A stretch of DNA of 64,000 nucleotides from Ostrea edulis. Lineage: Eukaryota. The stretch spans positions 88,350,001-88,414,000 of the forward strand of contig NC_079169.1 of assembly GCF_947568905.1 (NCBI RefSeq), given 5' to 3'. Under the pieces are notes generated by a model. That model saw only the letters and a program-made list of their open reading frames with translations. It searched no databases and was not told the origin of the DNA. A program made the position numbers and the translations under genes. Position 1 is the first letter of the stretch; every line of letters begins with the position of its first letter. Below, in pieces: positions 35,801 to 49,900 of the stretch.

Positions 35801-38800
35801 GTACTTAGAGAGAGTTCCAAGCTATCGAATGTTTTATACAAATTTGCATGTAAATTTATAGATATAGAGGTAAAAACATATGGTTCGCCAAATTAGGCTA
35901 ACAAATTAAAATAATTGAAGTAATCTTTAATTATTTGAAGATACATGTACCATAAGTCCATTTGATGCATGCAACAATATAGTGTTAATGATGACGCTGA
36001 ATTATTGCGCGCATTAATTTGATTGGCATTAATTGTTCTGCTGAATTGATTAGCACATATAATTGAATTGTTGTTCTTCTCAAACGAATTGATGATATCA
36101 ACAGTTGAATTGATGCGCACAACAATTCAATGGTGAAGAGAGCAATAATTCAATTAACGCGCGTATCGCATGAAAGGTGAAGACAACGAACAGTGATCAA
36201 TCTCATAATTCCCACAAGCAATACAAAACAGATAATATGTAGCGCGTATCAATTCAATTAATGCGCGCAATAATTGAATTATTGCTCTATTCAATTGAAT
36301 TTTAAAATTCTTTGAGAGAAAGAGAGAGAGAGAGAGAGCAACTATATAATTTGGGATATCTTATATTCAACATATCCACAACTGAAAGAATTGATCAATG
36401 CGCGCATTAATTCCTCATACAAAATTAAATAATCAAAGATATCCCCAATTGAATTAAAGAGATCTTTAATTAGTTTATACCGAGCTCCAAATGAAACTTT
36501 GCGAGCAATAATTCCTTAATTCACATTGCGCGTATTAATTGAATTGATGAGAGCAGTACCTGAATTGTGTGTGTTTGCATGGCTCAATAGACGTTACTTT
36601 CCTAGTTTATTATTTATTTTAAGTTAATTCCATCAGCAATGAAATTTTAAATATTTATACAATTAATTTCCTACTATTATTGATTTTAATTATATTTAAA
36701 TTATTTTTAAAATTCTTATACTATATACCCAGCTTTTACTTGACAGCTTACACTTACGCAATATTAGCAACAAACATAGCCAATTGGCTTGAAATTTAAT
36801 GATGATTTTTATATACATATACTCTTGCTTGTAGTATTTTATTTCTTCCTCGTGGTCTTATGCTTTCGTATCTGTATATTCTTGCATGAAGGTTTTCTTT
36901 TATTTTGTATTCTTTTGTTAATCTGTGATATGTCTATATATATGTGTACATGCATGCTATGCGTCATTGTCTTTGAATACATGAATGTGATAATCGGTTA
37001 AAAAGCTCTACAGAGCTTGTGTTTGATATGTTGAGTGTATATAGTGCCGACTTTAAATAAAATTTACTTTACTTTACTTTTACTGAATATTGAATTGATG
37101 CTCTCTTCAATTGCAGCTTTTATCAAATTTGTTAAATTCATGGCCCCCTGGGTCAGGAGTTCCGATGCTAACCCTTTGAGATTACCACTTGTAAGATGCT
37201 ATTTAATTATATGTATATATAGTATTTCATAAGCTCGTGGTTTGCGATGATTTGATGTTTTCATCGGGATCGGAATACAGAAAATGGTGATGTCCATGAC
37301 CAGTGTTTTGAACATGATGGTATTTTATTTTATTTTTTTATTCATTGCTTTTAAATTAATGATTCCATAAACTCAAATTATAGGCAAATCGAAAGTTAGG
37401 TATTTAGTAACATACGGTATGTTTACTTATATACAAAAATGTATCGAGACTCGAGTGGATGTAAACTCATGCTGAGGAAATTCGAGTTATATTCAACTCT
37501 CGGCCCTTGTCCAAAGATCTATCAATCAAGTCTCTTCGTAAAGTAACTCGACAGTTCTGAGAAGATATAATGTACCAACTCAATTAATGTATCACATTCA
37601 TCTAATCAAATTTCGGTAGTATTATTACCATGTAATGACTGAATTTAAAGAATAAGATGATAGTTGGTAAAATGGGTAGTAAAAACCGGGCCGGGTCACC
37701 TTCGTAAACCGATTTCTTTAGTTTTCTTCGTTGATATATCTTTGCTTGTTTTGAAACTTACATAATATATTCTTTATGATACATTTAGTCTTCGGTACAA
37801 AATTTAGCACATAATATTACCTACAGATAAAGAATGCAATGATTGTATAAAATCTGGTTGGTAAAATGGGTAGCGAGACCAGAACACACATTATTACGTA
37901 TTTTCTGTAAACTATGCACCTACTGCCGAAAACCTTGCATTTTTTCAATTCATAGAGAGTTGAATTTGATACTCAATGCATTACTTGACCATTTCATTGC
38001 CTTTTATTTTACTTACCGGCGATTTTTCCAAACCTGGACCAAGAGGAAACCGGATGCGATTTAGTTGCTACTGTTTTTTATCAATTAACCGTAATTGTGA
38101 GATCAAAGTGATATCCATTCATAATTAGTAATTGATGGGACGCTGAATTACATTCAGGATGCGTCGAAGATGAAAGTGACAGCTAACACCTTCAGTTTAT
38201 TCGGAATTTTAATATTCGGCCATGGGCTACCTGTGTCCGGTTTCCTTTTGACCTGGGTTTTAATAAATCGTAAATATCAAATATATAAGACTCACATAAC
38301 AGGTACTGCAGCATTTTGGTGATAAATACTATAGTCATAATATTTATCTAAATTATGTCTAGTTTCATTGTTGTGTAACATATATTAGTTGCGTATTTTT
38401 TCTCGCTACCCAATTTACCAACCTGAAATAAACAATCGTTGATATTTTCACAGTGAAGCAAAATTATGCCGTAATTTTTGTAGCGAAGACCCAATGTATC
38501 ATCCAGATTAAGATTAAGAAGTTTCACATCAAACGAAAATAAAGTAACGAAGAAAACTGTCGCCATTTTCACAGTATTTGTGCAAATTATGTTGCACTTG
38601 GAGCAAAAAATAAAAATCCACATAGCACATTTTTGACATGTTGCCTAGAAAGTGCAATATGTATGCGTACAAGAACCAACATTTTTTTGTATAAGCATTC
38701 CTATAAAAAAAGTTATGCCACGTCAAATTTTGGAAAAGAACCTGTGTTGCGGACACTAAATTACACCTGTTACATCTAGTAAACTTATGCAAAGATAATG

Positions 38801-41012
38801 TTCATGGCCAAATTTCTTACTGGTTTGGACTATGTACCAGAAAGAAGTAAATTAAAAAGAAAATTTTGTGGTTTTCTTTGAAAACAAGAAAAATTTTCAT
38901 ATAAATGTCCTACTAATATTTTTGCCCAATTTGTCTCCAATCTTTTAGGTTTATTTACATTTACAAATACTCATAAGACCTATATGATTATCATGTGAAA
39001 ATGACATTGAATATTCCTAAATTCAAATAAATCTATCATAATATTCTGTATGTCTTCATTTCATTCTTCTTAAATTTTGAATATACATAGATATTTTTGT
39101 TGCGGACACTACAGGTTATCCTACATTAAATATTGTCATTTATTTTAAAATCAATGTTGATAAATGTTTCTTTCTCAACAAATTCACGTGCCATAGGATC
39201 AACTCTGGAAAATTAGATATCAAAAGTTGTAGAATGGGTTTTTTTTTTGAGATGGGAATTACCATATAACATTGACCATTAATTTTTCCTCATTATATAT
39301 TGTTATGCAGTTTCAAAAAATATTGATGGTGTCACAGATGTTCGTTCTATTAAACATGTTTTAAGGAATGATTTTATAGAGTAAATTTCATAAATTAAAG
39401 AATTTACTGAGGACTCTTATTTGTTTTCTCTCAGATTTTATATTGTTGCGGACACTACAAATATACTGAAGTATTTCTGATTGAATCCATATTTGATTTG
39501 AATGAAGTAAATTAAAAACCTTAAACACTAAATTGTTTTCTATATTAGTGAATGGTATAATATAATGGGGAAAATTGAAAAAAAAAAGGGGGTGGGGAGG
39601 CTAGAATGATACTTTTGGAAATAATACCTATATATCAATTATAAAGTGTATACAAGTTTGAAGTGTCATCTTTCAAACTAACCATTTGTTTTTTTAATCA
39701 AGTTATCCAACTTTATCATCAAAAGAACAGAATATTAGAGATGTTTTATTATATTCACTTATTTCAGAAATATTGTAATGAAATAAATGTGAAATGATAA
39801 TTAATGCTAAGGTAGACACTGCAAGTACTGTAGATCAATTTATGAACAACTCTTATTTATTTTTTGAAATTCAAACAAACTTGAACTTGGAACTAAATGT
39901 TGATTGCAAAATAATGTTTGCATATAAACAGTACTAATTATCAAAAGAATGAAATAACTTGTCATTGGTACTGTTTGGGGATAAAATTGGCTCAGAAAGT
40001 ATGACGCTAATTTTATCATTAGTTTCCCCAGGAGGAATCTACTTTCTGTATTTCGTGTGAACAGAAATTGTATTCAGATATCCAGCAGTACTTGGGGGTG
40101 GGGGGTGGGTGGGGGGGAGTTCAACCTCATCTTTCTCCTTGTCCATAACTATGATCTGAAAATTATGTTTGTCACAAATAACATTTCTTTCTCTGCCCTT
40201 TTTGGTTTTAATTCTTTTCCTTTTTAAATTGTTCTTTTCTTTCCAATTTTTTTGTGTTCTGACCTTTTCTTGCATTTCATTTTCAATTTCAACCTTTTCT
40301 TTCTCTCAAGATTTCTTTCTGTCTGTATTTTTTCATTCATGTAATCTCTTTTTGTGGCAAGAAATTGGGGATTGTTTTTTACCTCCCAGGGTTTGACACT
40401 AAGGCACGTCCGACCGACTCAGTCTACTAAATGATAGGTCCGGTCGGGTAAAATGTAGATTTACTAGTCCGACTGGTCGTGTTGAAAAAATAAACAAGAA
40501 ACTTTACTTTAAACTGTAACATATTTTATTCTTAACTGAAAAAAGAATAACTGTAGAGTTTGCGAGCCGCATGATGACATAATCTCAAGTTTTGGTTCTG
40601 ATAAATAAGTCGCGGTCGGAAGTGATGTTTTACGACATCTACTCAGTGTCTGATAAATAAGTCGCGGTCGGAAGTGATGTTTTACGACATCTACTCAATG
40701 TTAATGTGTGTAAAGTTATGTTTTTGACGAATTTATTTTCATTTAAAAAAATCCCCAATTTATTTGAATCAAATATAAGAAAGTGTTTATGAAATTAATA
40801 AATTACGTCACAAACAGCCATTTTTTGGTGTTGACATATGTGCGGGAATGTCTTTATATTCAAATACGACTTCTCGTCCTCAAGAAAAGATGTCCCAAGA
40901 GAAAAAAGTAAAAGGTTGGGAAGAAACAAAGCAAGGCTTATGAAATAGAAATTTAAAAAACGGTTGAGGTCAAAATGAGAGAGCATTAAGTTGAAAGACG
41001 AGACTAATGCTC

Positions 41013-42599
41013 TTTTTAGGTCACCTGAATTCATTCAGGTGACCTATGGCTATCTGTTTTTGTCTGTCGTCGTTCGTCGTGCGTTAACATTTGAACATTT
41101 TCAGCTTCTTCTCTGAAACCCCTGAACCAATTTCAACCAATTTTGGCTTATAGCATCTATGGGTAGAGGGGAACAAAAATTGTGAAATTCGTGGTCCCTG
41201 CCCCCCTGGGGCCTGAGGGGTGGGGCAAAAACCATCAAAATGAGTGTAATTTTAAAAAATCTTCTTCTTTACTCCTGGACATCAAGAAGCCAAACTGTGG
41301 GCATAATTATAATTAGCGTTGAGCCCTCTACCAAAATTGTGAAATTCATGGCCCCTGGGGCAGGGGTTCTTGTGTTAGGGTGGGGCTCTATTGGTCATAT
41401 AGTGAAAGTGTAGAAATTCTTTGAAAATCTTCTTCTCTGTCTCTGGGTATTAAGTAGACAAACTAATAGCATGGTAATGATGAGCAAGGATGCCTCTTTA
41501 TACCCCCCGCAACAAGTTGTGGGAGGGTATACTGGAATCGGGTTGTCCGTCCGTCCGTCTGTAGACGCAAATGGTTTCCGGACTCTAAAGCATTATCCTT
41601 TCCACCTACCGTCACCATATCATATATATGGACTACCCATGGGATGAAGATGTTCCCTATCGATTTTGGGGTCAAAAGGTCAAAGGTCAAGCACACTGGA
41701 CATCGAAGTAGCAATATGGTTTCCGGGCTCTAAAGTGTTATCCTTTCCACCTACAGTCACCATATCATACATATGGACTACCCATAGGATGAAGATGTTC
41801 CCTATCGATTTTGGGGTCAAAAGGTTAAAGGTCAAGTGCACTGGACATTGAAGTAGCAATATGGTTTCCGGGCTCTAAAGTGTTATCCTTTCCACTTACA
41901 GTCACCATATCATACATATGGACTACCCATAGGATGAAGATGTTCCCTATCGATTTTGGGGTCAAAAGGTCAAAGGTCAAGCGCACTGGACATTGAAGTA
42001 GCAATATGGTTTCCGGGCTCTAAAGTGTTATCCTTTCCACCTACAGTCACCATATCAAACATATGGACTACCCATGGGATGAAGATGTTCCCTATCGATT
42101 TTGGGGTCAAAAGGTCAAAGGTCAAGCACACTGGACATCGAAGTAGCAATATGGTTTCCGGGCTCTAAAGTGTTATCCTTTCCACCTACAGTCACCATAT
42201 CATACATATGGACTACCCATAGGATGAAGATGTTCCCTATCGATTTTGGGGTCAAAAGGTTAAAGGTCAAGTGCACTGGACATTGAAGTAGCAATATGGT
42301 TTCTGGTCTCTAAAGCGTTATCCTTTCCACCTACAGTCACCATATCATACATATGGACTACCCATGGGATGAAGATGTTCCCTATCGATTTTGGGGTCAA
42401 AAGGTCAAAGGTTATGCACACTGGACATCGAAGTAGCAACACTCAGAAAAGAGGTAGTTTATACCTATTACCAACACCCTTTGGGAGATTGGGGTAAGCG
42501 GGGAGTATTCTTAGTGAGCATTGCTCACAGTACCTCTTGTTAAAAATTGTGAAATTCATGGCCCCTGGATCAGGGGTTCTGGTGCTAGGGTGGGGCTCA

Positions 42600-42648
<49 letters not shown>

Positions 42649-43062
42649 GTCCTTGGGTATTAAGTAGACAAACCAATAGCATGGTTATGATGAGCAAGGA
42701 TGCCTCTTTCAAAATTGTGAAATTCATGGCCCCTGGGTCAGGGTTCTGGTATTAGGGTGGGGCCCTATTGATCATATAGTGAAAATGCATTTTATTTCTT
42801 TGAAAATCTTCTCCTCTGCTGCTGGGTATTAAGTAGACAAACTAATAGTATGATAATGATGATCAAGGATACTTCTTTCAAAACTGAAATTTATGGCCCC
42901 TGGGTCAGGGGTTCTGGTGCATAGGCGGGGCTGACCACATAGCTATTCAATGTTTCTTCCATCCAAAAGTAAAATTCTTATATTTAAACACAAACCTAAT
43001 TCAAACATTGGAAGGTTGTTACATGATACTCAGGTGACCTATAAGGCCCCTGGGCCTCTTGT
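41013..43062 (+). mobile_element. Helentron/Helitron-N-like element carrying ~170-bp (Cg170-like) satellite monomers
   Basis: Hairpin aggtcacctgaattcattcaggtgacct, gtc microsatellite, aaattgtgaaattcatggcccctgg repeating at ~170 bp (42545, 42715, 42887), end tcaggtgacctataaggcccctgggcctcttgt. Confidence 0.7.
41497..42541 (+). mobile_element. HINE-type element with ~6 internal 145-bp tandem repeats, inserted at TT; second copy at ~55485-56060
   Basis: Hairpin ataccccccgcaacaagttgtgggagggtat, (gtcc)n, period 145 (41643 to 41788), end gagcattgctcacagtacctcttgtt. Confidence 0.75.
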
Positions 43063-44724
43063 CTGAGACAATTAAGTACGTTTTTGTTCATGCAAACTTA
43101 ATGTTTGACATTTGAATTAAGTACATTTAAATATGGAGAAACTATCCGTTTCTGGAAAGTTGGTCGGGGCTAGTGAATTTAAGGTCAGGTCTAGCAAAAA
43201 TCGTTTGAAGTAGCCCGACTGGTCTAGTGCTCCGAAAAGTAAATGTCAAACCCTGCCTGCCTCCCTCTCTCTCTCTTTCTCCTTTTCCTTATTTTGTCTT
43301 TCTTTAGCTTCACTGTTTGTTTTTTTTTAATTTCACCCTATTTCTTCTATCTTCTCTCTTGATTTCATTAACCTCTCTGGGCTGCTCATCTCAGTGGCTC
43401 ATTGAAATCTTTTAGTCTAAGACATTTAAGAAAATTGGAATACATATCATTAATGTAGTGTCGGTAACATAATTAAATTGGAATATATTTAGATTTATCA
43501 TTAAACAATTAACATCTTGACATATATTTGTTTAATTAGTTTCCACTTCAGTTTGAAATATGTGAAAATTAACTTGAAATATGTAACTTTAGACTGAAAA
43601 TTGAAGGATTTTGAATATGTATACACTAGATGTTATGGGTGTAAATTCCGTTTGAACATACAGTGTATATTTTCACAATATTTTAATCCATTACATGTTT
43701 AAAGTAAATACTTGAATAGTTATAGTTATCGTAAAGATAAATCATAATACATTTTCTTGAAAAAATCTATGAAATCAAAAAGCTGTTGCGGACTCTACAG
43801 GGTTGCGGACACTACAAAACACAATATATCTGTCAGAAAACTTAGCAATACTGATCTAGAGTCTGTTTCTTTGGTAGACACATTAGTAACTGTATTGCCT
43901 CTTACCAGTAAGAGTATAGAAGTATAAGTCATCAGGCATTCCAAAATATGCACATGTTGCGGACACTACAGAATTTTGGGACATTTTTATGCCAGTTAGA
44001 GAAAAATGTGTAATTTTTTCAAGTTTTGAATAACCCACTCAAACTTTTCTATAATGTTTCATTTAGTTTTCAACTCAATTTTCAATGCAAAACAAAAGTT
44101 GAAATAATGAATAAACATGTAGTTTTTTTACTTGTAAGTTTAAACATTGGAATTTTTTAAAATTGTATAACATACAAGCATTTTCACATATCTAAACATT
44201 ATTTCGCTAATATTTTTTCGATTTACATACAGTAAATTGCACGTAAAAGTGAAATAATTTCTCACTGATCTGGTTTCTATTACCAAAAGCTTCTTCTATA
44301 AATCTCTTTGAACAAAAACTTGAAAATAAAGCCATTTTTTAGCTGCAACAGCATAACACACAAAATATCCCTTTTTTCAGTTGTATATCTTGAATATTTT
44401 TTTTTAATAGAACATGGGACTGTTATACATCATTGGATTTGTTAAAGGTACCATTTGGTCAATATTTGGTCATATTTGTTATGGGTTTAATCATATATCT
44501 TGATGTAAAATGCATTATAACATTAGCAAGTATGAATTATCACCAATACTGTGAAAATGGCGTAAAAAATTAAGATTACCAAGGTGACCCGACCCGGCCC
44601 GGTCCAGATTTTACTACCCATTTTACCAACTATCATCTTATTCTTTAAATTCAGTCATTACATGGTAATAATACTACCGAAATTTGATTAGATGAATGTG
44701 ATACATTAATTGAGTTGGTACATT

Positions 44725-45897
44725 GCGTTGACCAGATAACCACCGTTAGAATCATCATTGAACAGACAATCGAGTGGCAGTCATCACTCTACCCCAACTT
44801 CATCCATTTCCAGAAGGCATTCGACAGCGTAGACCACCAAGTGCTCTGGGGAATCCTTGGACACTATGGAATTCCGCGCAAAGTTATTTCCATCATACAA
44901 CAACTTTATGCCGGATTCACATGTCAAGTAATCCATGAAGGAACCATCACAGAGCCATTCCCAGTAACAACCGGGGTGAGACAAGGATGCCTGCTCTCTC
45001 CTCTACTCTTCCTTCTAGTGATAGACTGGGTCAGCAAAACAGCCTACAGTAGCCCAACTGGCATTCAGTGGACACTAGTAAGACGTCTGGAAGACCTTCA
45101 CTTTGCTGACGACATCTGCACACTATCTCACCGTCTTCAAGACTCCCAACATCAAGCCTCCAACCTAGAAGCAACAGCAAAAAAAACTGGTCTTTACATC
45201 AACACCCAGGAAACAAAATCAATGAGAATCAACTCCATACAAACTGACGCAATCGAGATAAACAACATGGAATTAGAGGACATCAAAGACTTCACCTACT
45301 TAGAAAGTATTGTCAGTAAATCTGGGGGCACAGACAAACACATCATAGCAAGAAAAAGGAAGGCCCAGCAAGCTTTTGCCATGTTAAGACCAGTATGGCG
45401 AAGCAAGGCACTGAGAACACGCACCAAGATCAGAATCTTCAACACCAACGTGAAGTCTGTTCTAATATATGGGTCTGAAACCTGGAGAGAAACATCAACA
45501 TCCATGAAATCAGTCCAGGTTTTTGTAAACAAGTGCCTGAGAAACATCCTCGGGATAAGGTGGCCAGATGTTATAAGCAATGCAAACCTGTGGAAGAGGA
45601 TCAACCAACAACCCGTGGAAATCACCATCAGAACACGCAGATGGAACTGGATAGGGCATACACTGAGGAAACCTAATACTAATATCACAAAACAAGCCCT
45701 AGAATGGAATCCACAGGGACAGAGAAAGCGGGGACGGCCAAAGAACACCTGGCGCAGGGTATTAACATCAGACCTGAAGAAAATTGGCAAGACCTGGGGA
45801 GAAGCTAAGACCATTGCACAAGACAGAGGGAGATGGAAAGCCACTGTAGCCGCCCTTTGTCCCCCATGGGACGAAGTGGATTAATGATGATGATGAT
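44725..45897 (+). mobile_element. 5'-truncated RTE-clade LINE with uninterrupted RT ORF and (TGA)n tail
   Basis: ORF 44715-45884: FQKAFDSVDH, GVRQGCLLSPLLF, FADDI, LIYGSETW, RRWNWIGHTLR, RGRPKNTWRR, CPPWDEVD*, followed by tgatgatgatgat. Confidence 0.95.
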
Positions 45898-46092
45898 TAC
45901 CAACTATCGAATAAGATAGGTTCATCGATGGCCAAGCCGAATCTCAACCGAGATTAATAGATAGGTCTAGAACCAGTCACACTGACTTTGTGTGTAATTG
46001 TGATGAACAAGGATGCCTCTACCAAATTTGTTAAATTCATGGCCCCTGGGTCAGGAGTTCTGGTGATAAGGTTGGGCTTTATGGTTCATATA

Positions 46093-46290
46093 GATAAGCG
46101 GGTGTCCTGGTTACCTGTAGTGCTCTCGATTCTCACTGCTACGACTCGAGTTCGATCCCCGTGATCAGCAGTGGTTGTATGTGAGAGAGTATGGTGGTCC
46201 CCCACTGGGACATGTGGGATTCCTTCGGGTACTCCGGTTTCCTCCCACATAAATGACCCCCTAGCTGCATTCATCCATGCATCAAAGGAC
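46093..46290 (+). mobile_element. tRNA-derived SINE with V-domain-like core
   Basis: B-box-like gagttcgatcccc followed by gggtactccggtttcctcccaca. Confidence 0.7.
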
Positions 46291-46950
46291 CCATTGGAAG
46301 TAAGTTTTCATGGGCAATTCTTGATATGTACATATATTTGTATGTATATATACCAAAAAAACATTTCTTTGTTGTGAAAATCCATTATTTTGTTCTTAAC
46401 ACCTAGGCATTAAACTATGAAAATGTCAGTAAATGTTAAAAGTATTCACCCATTTTGAAATTTCTTGAATGGAAAGATGACAAGTAAAGTTTATTCCTAA
46501 TAGATGGGGTCCTCTAAATGCTCTGCCCTCTATTGGTTAGTATTTCAAGGTAAACAAGAACTGGCTATTAAATTGAAGAAATTAATAAGAAGGGAAATTT
46601 AAAGAGGGAAAATGTTATAGTGGGAGGCTGCATTTTCCTGCATAAATCAGGAGAGTTAACATAAGTTTATGAAGGTCTTCCTGTTATAAGTCCATGTTCT
46701 GGATGTCTGGATATCTCTTGCCTTTTGATATACTGATCACCTGAAGTTCAGGGTTGATTATCAGCATAAGATTTAACAAGAAAGGAGATGACTGGACTGA
46801 AAATTGAACCCGGGACCCCTACATTACGAGTACAGGGCACTATCCGCTGAGGTCTCCCAGCCAATATCCAGGGTCCATATAGCCTAAACCTCTACACATG
46901 ATTTAAAATGCTCTTAAGTTCATCTATTTTCACTTTTCTTATACTTTCAG

Positions 46951-49900
46951 TTTCTTCCGAGGGGAAACTTTAGCAGATTGGCCACATCCGTAAAAATTCT
47001 ACAGAACACCACGGCAACAAATTCCTGCATGAAATGTCATGGACGTTATAAATTTTCATCGCCACATATACACCCAAATCCTTCTGCGAGATTTAAAAAA
47101 CTTAGAACCAGAAAAACCATGAAACAGTTGTGGGAGACGGTATTGAATTTTGATTATTTTTTATATAATTCGCAATTTAATTTTTGATGAAGGATACTTC
47201 ATTAGTATATAGATGTAGGGCAATGACACCATAGAAAACTGCATCTAAGCAAATATTTCCAAGAATGCAATATTTCGAATTTTCTTAATGAAATTGATGA
47301 GAGTTGTATTCTTTCATGAGAAATAATTTACGATATACGGTATTTGATTTTTTATTACTCAACAGGCGGAGGAGAAACAACCCCCATACATAGTGAAGGA
47401 ACCAACCCGCGTATATACCAAACCAACGGAAATAGGGATCACAAATTCTGGTGAGTCAGAGAGATAGAAGATTTATTGTAGTTTATCATGTATTGTTCAA
47501 GTTCACAACTGAAATAGGGATCACAAATTCTGGTGAGAGACAAAAGATTCATTAAAGTTTATCATTTATTGGGTTGTACTTCTACAAGTTTACAACAGAA
47601 ATAAATTATTTTAATGTTTACTTTTGCATAACATCATGTCACATCCCTGTATTGTGATGTTGTAGGTAGAGTGATGAACTCCTATATTCCGATGGAGAAG
47701 GACGCCAGGAAAGAATTGACTTCAAAGGAGGTAGGACATTGTATAAGTGTATTATCCCAAGGTCAAATTCAGTAATTTTCTACTAACACATTGTATAAGT
47801 GTATTGTCCCAAGGTCAGATTCAGTAATTCTCTACTAACACATTGTACATGTATAAGTGTATTGTCCCAAGGCCAAATTCAGTTACACATTGTAGAAGAG
47901 TATTGTCCCAAGGTCAAATTCAATAACACATTGTATAAATGTATTGTCCCAAGGTCAAAATTCAGTAACACATTGTATAAGTGGATACAATTTAGGTGGA
48001 TAGGCCCTCAGTACTCCTTGCTTGTCGTTAGAGGCAACTAAATGGGCCGTCCTTTTGGAAGAGACTGCAAAAATTGAGGCCCCATGTCACAGCAGGTGTG
48101 GCACGATAAAGAACCCTCCCTGCTCAAAGGTAATAAGCACCGAGCATAGACCTAAATTTTGTAGCCCTTCACCGGCAGTGGTGACGTCTCCATATGAGTG
48201 AAATATTCTTGAGCTGGATGTTAAACAATATACAACCAACCAACTCAAGGTCATATTCAATATCATGAATTCCTTGAAAGTTATTGAAATTTCATGCATA
48301 TAAAAGTGGACAATATGACAGACAACATAATGTACTGTTATGAATGAATTTTCAGTTTGAATTCTAACATTTCTATTATGTATGTGTATGTTATGTAAAG
48401 AAAATTCGCCCGTGAAATTACAATCTTGACAAAATTTTGCTTATTAAATTCGAAAAATCCTGTACACTAATGCAGAACGATACCATCTATATGTTATATA
48501 CTGTAATTTTACCATCTGTATGTTATTTAACTTGAAAGTCATAATATATTAGATGTATATTTCTTATCAAGAAATTTCAAGAGGACAGAAAGCGAATACT
48601 GGGTAAAATCTCCAAGGTTAGATTCATCAGGTTTGTGAAGAAGTACGACACAGCGTTTAACCAGAGGGAATTTCTCGCTCACGCTCATCACATCTACATC
48701 ACAGCTCACAACTGTATCAAAAGGTAACGCTGATCAAAAGGTAACACTGAAAAATGTCGAGGGAAGTTAGCTCCTCAGCTCTTCAGCACAAGTATACAAA
48801 ACTACAAGCACTATGGTGGCTAGTTTTCTCTTTGTTTTTATATTTCCCTTTCAATGTGCAAATAAAATATATACTTGAAAAAGATTAAAACAATGCTGCA
48901 AAGCTGATGCTTCGCCTTTAAATGTATTAGTATATCGATCTTCTACATCATGATGATGCACTACACTACCCCATTTTTTCTGAAATTTATACAATTGATC
49001 ATGGACGAAATATAATTCATGTATCTGAATTCAGTTGATGATTTGGTTTCTGTAGGATCAGAGAAAATGAGGAGGAGTTGATTGATTACGTTACACAGAA
49101 TGTCTATGGGGTGAGTGATACATGTGGATGTGTAACGGAGGATTTTATTTAACATACATCTCTGCAACTTGTAACAGCTTGTGTGTATTCATTTTTCATG
49201 TCAAGCTCTGGTTGAATAATTTTTGGCAGAGTTGTGCCCCTTGAAAATTAGAAATTTTTGTACAGTTCATATATAGTCTGCTCAATATGTCAGTCATAGA
49301 TGGACATTTTGAGTTGAAATTCAGGATGCAGATTTGTCAAGAGAATACACAGGTCAGGTTCATATCTGGCTCAGATCACAAATAGTTTTTAGGCAGAGTT
49401 ATGCCCCTTGAAGTTAAAAAATTCCAAAGAATTCATTTTCTGCTCATGATCTCAGTCACATGGACATTTTGGGATGTAGATACTGGTATATCATAAGAAT
49501 ATGCAAATCAAATACTTTGATTATGCGATTGGATGACTCTGGCTTGGTTATGGCCCTTGGGGTAAGGAAATTTCAAACAATTCATGGACATTTTAGATTG
49601 AAATAGGGAATATAGATATACATGTATGATGAAAATGCACAGGTAAACTTTGTTGCTAATGGAGATGTTAATGACGCTCCAACGTAGTCATTGAAATGAG
49701 GTCTCAGTTTTTGAAAATTTCAAAGCCATAGCTCAGAATGAAGGAATAGATACCTGTAGGAGTTTGTACAGACAACTAATAGATACCTGTAGAAGTTTGT
49801 ACAGACAACTAATAGATACCTGTAGAAGTTTGTACTGACAATAGATAGATACCTGTAGAAGTTTGTAAAGACAACTGATAGATACCTGTAGAAGTTTGTA

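Larger units (their letters stand above)
40387..43255. mobile_element. hAT-like MITE (TIR cagggtttgaca / tgtcaaaccctg) hosting Helentron-like insertions
   Basis: 12-bp perfect TIRs; a homologous left end occurs in reverse at ~61765-61830. No clean TSD. Confidence 0.65.
37659..45908. mobile_element. Non-autonomous MULE-type DNA transposon (8.2 kb including nested insertions)
   Basis: TIR gatagttggtaaaatgggtagtaaaa at 37659, reverse complement ending 44634, and terminal 12 nt again at 45897-45908. 9-bp TSD gaataagat at 37650-37658 and 45909-45917. Internal repeated motif gttgcggacact (~38745, 39100, 39445, 43785, 43803, 43957). Confidence 0.8.

Noticed and set aside
40039-40396. Lys/Glu-rich and Phe-rich ORFs
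   Set aside because: Low-complexity purine/pyrimidine tract inside the MULE.
45296-45844. 182-aa minus-strand ORF
   Set aside because: Antisense shadow of the RTE RT ORF.
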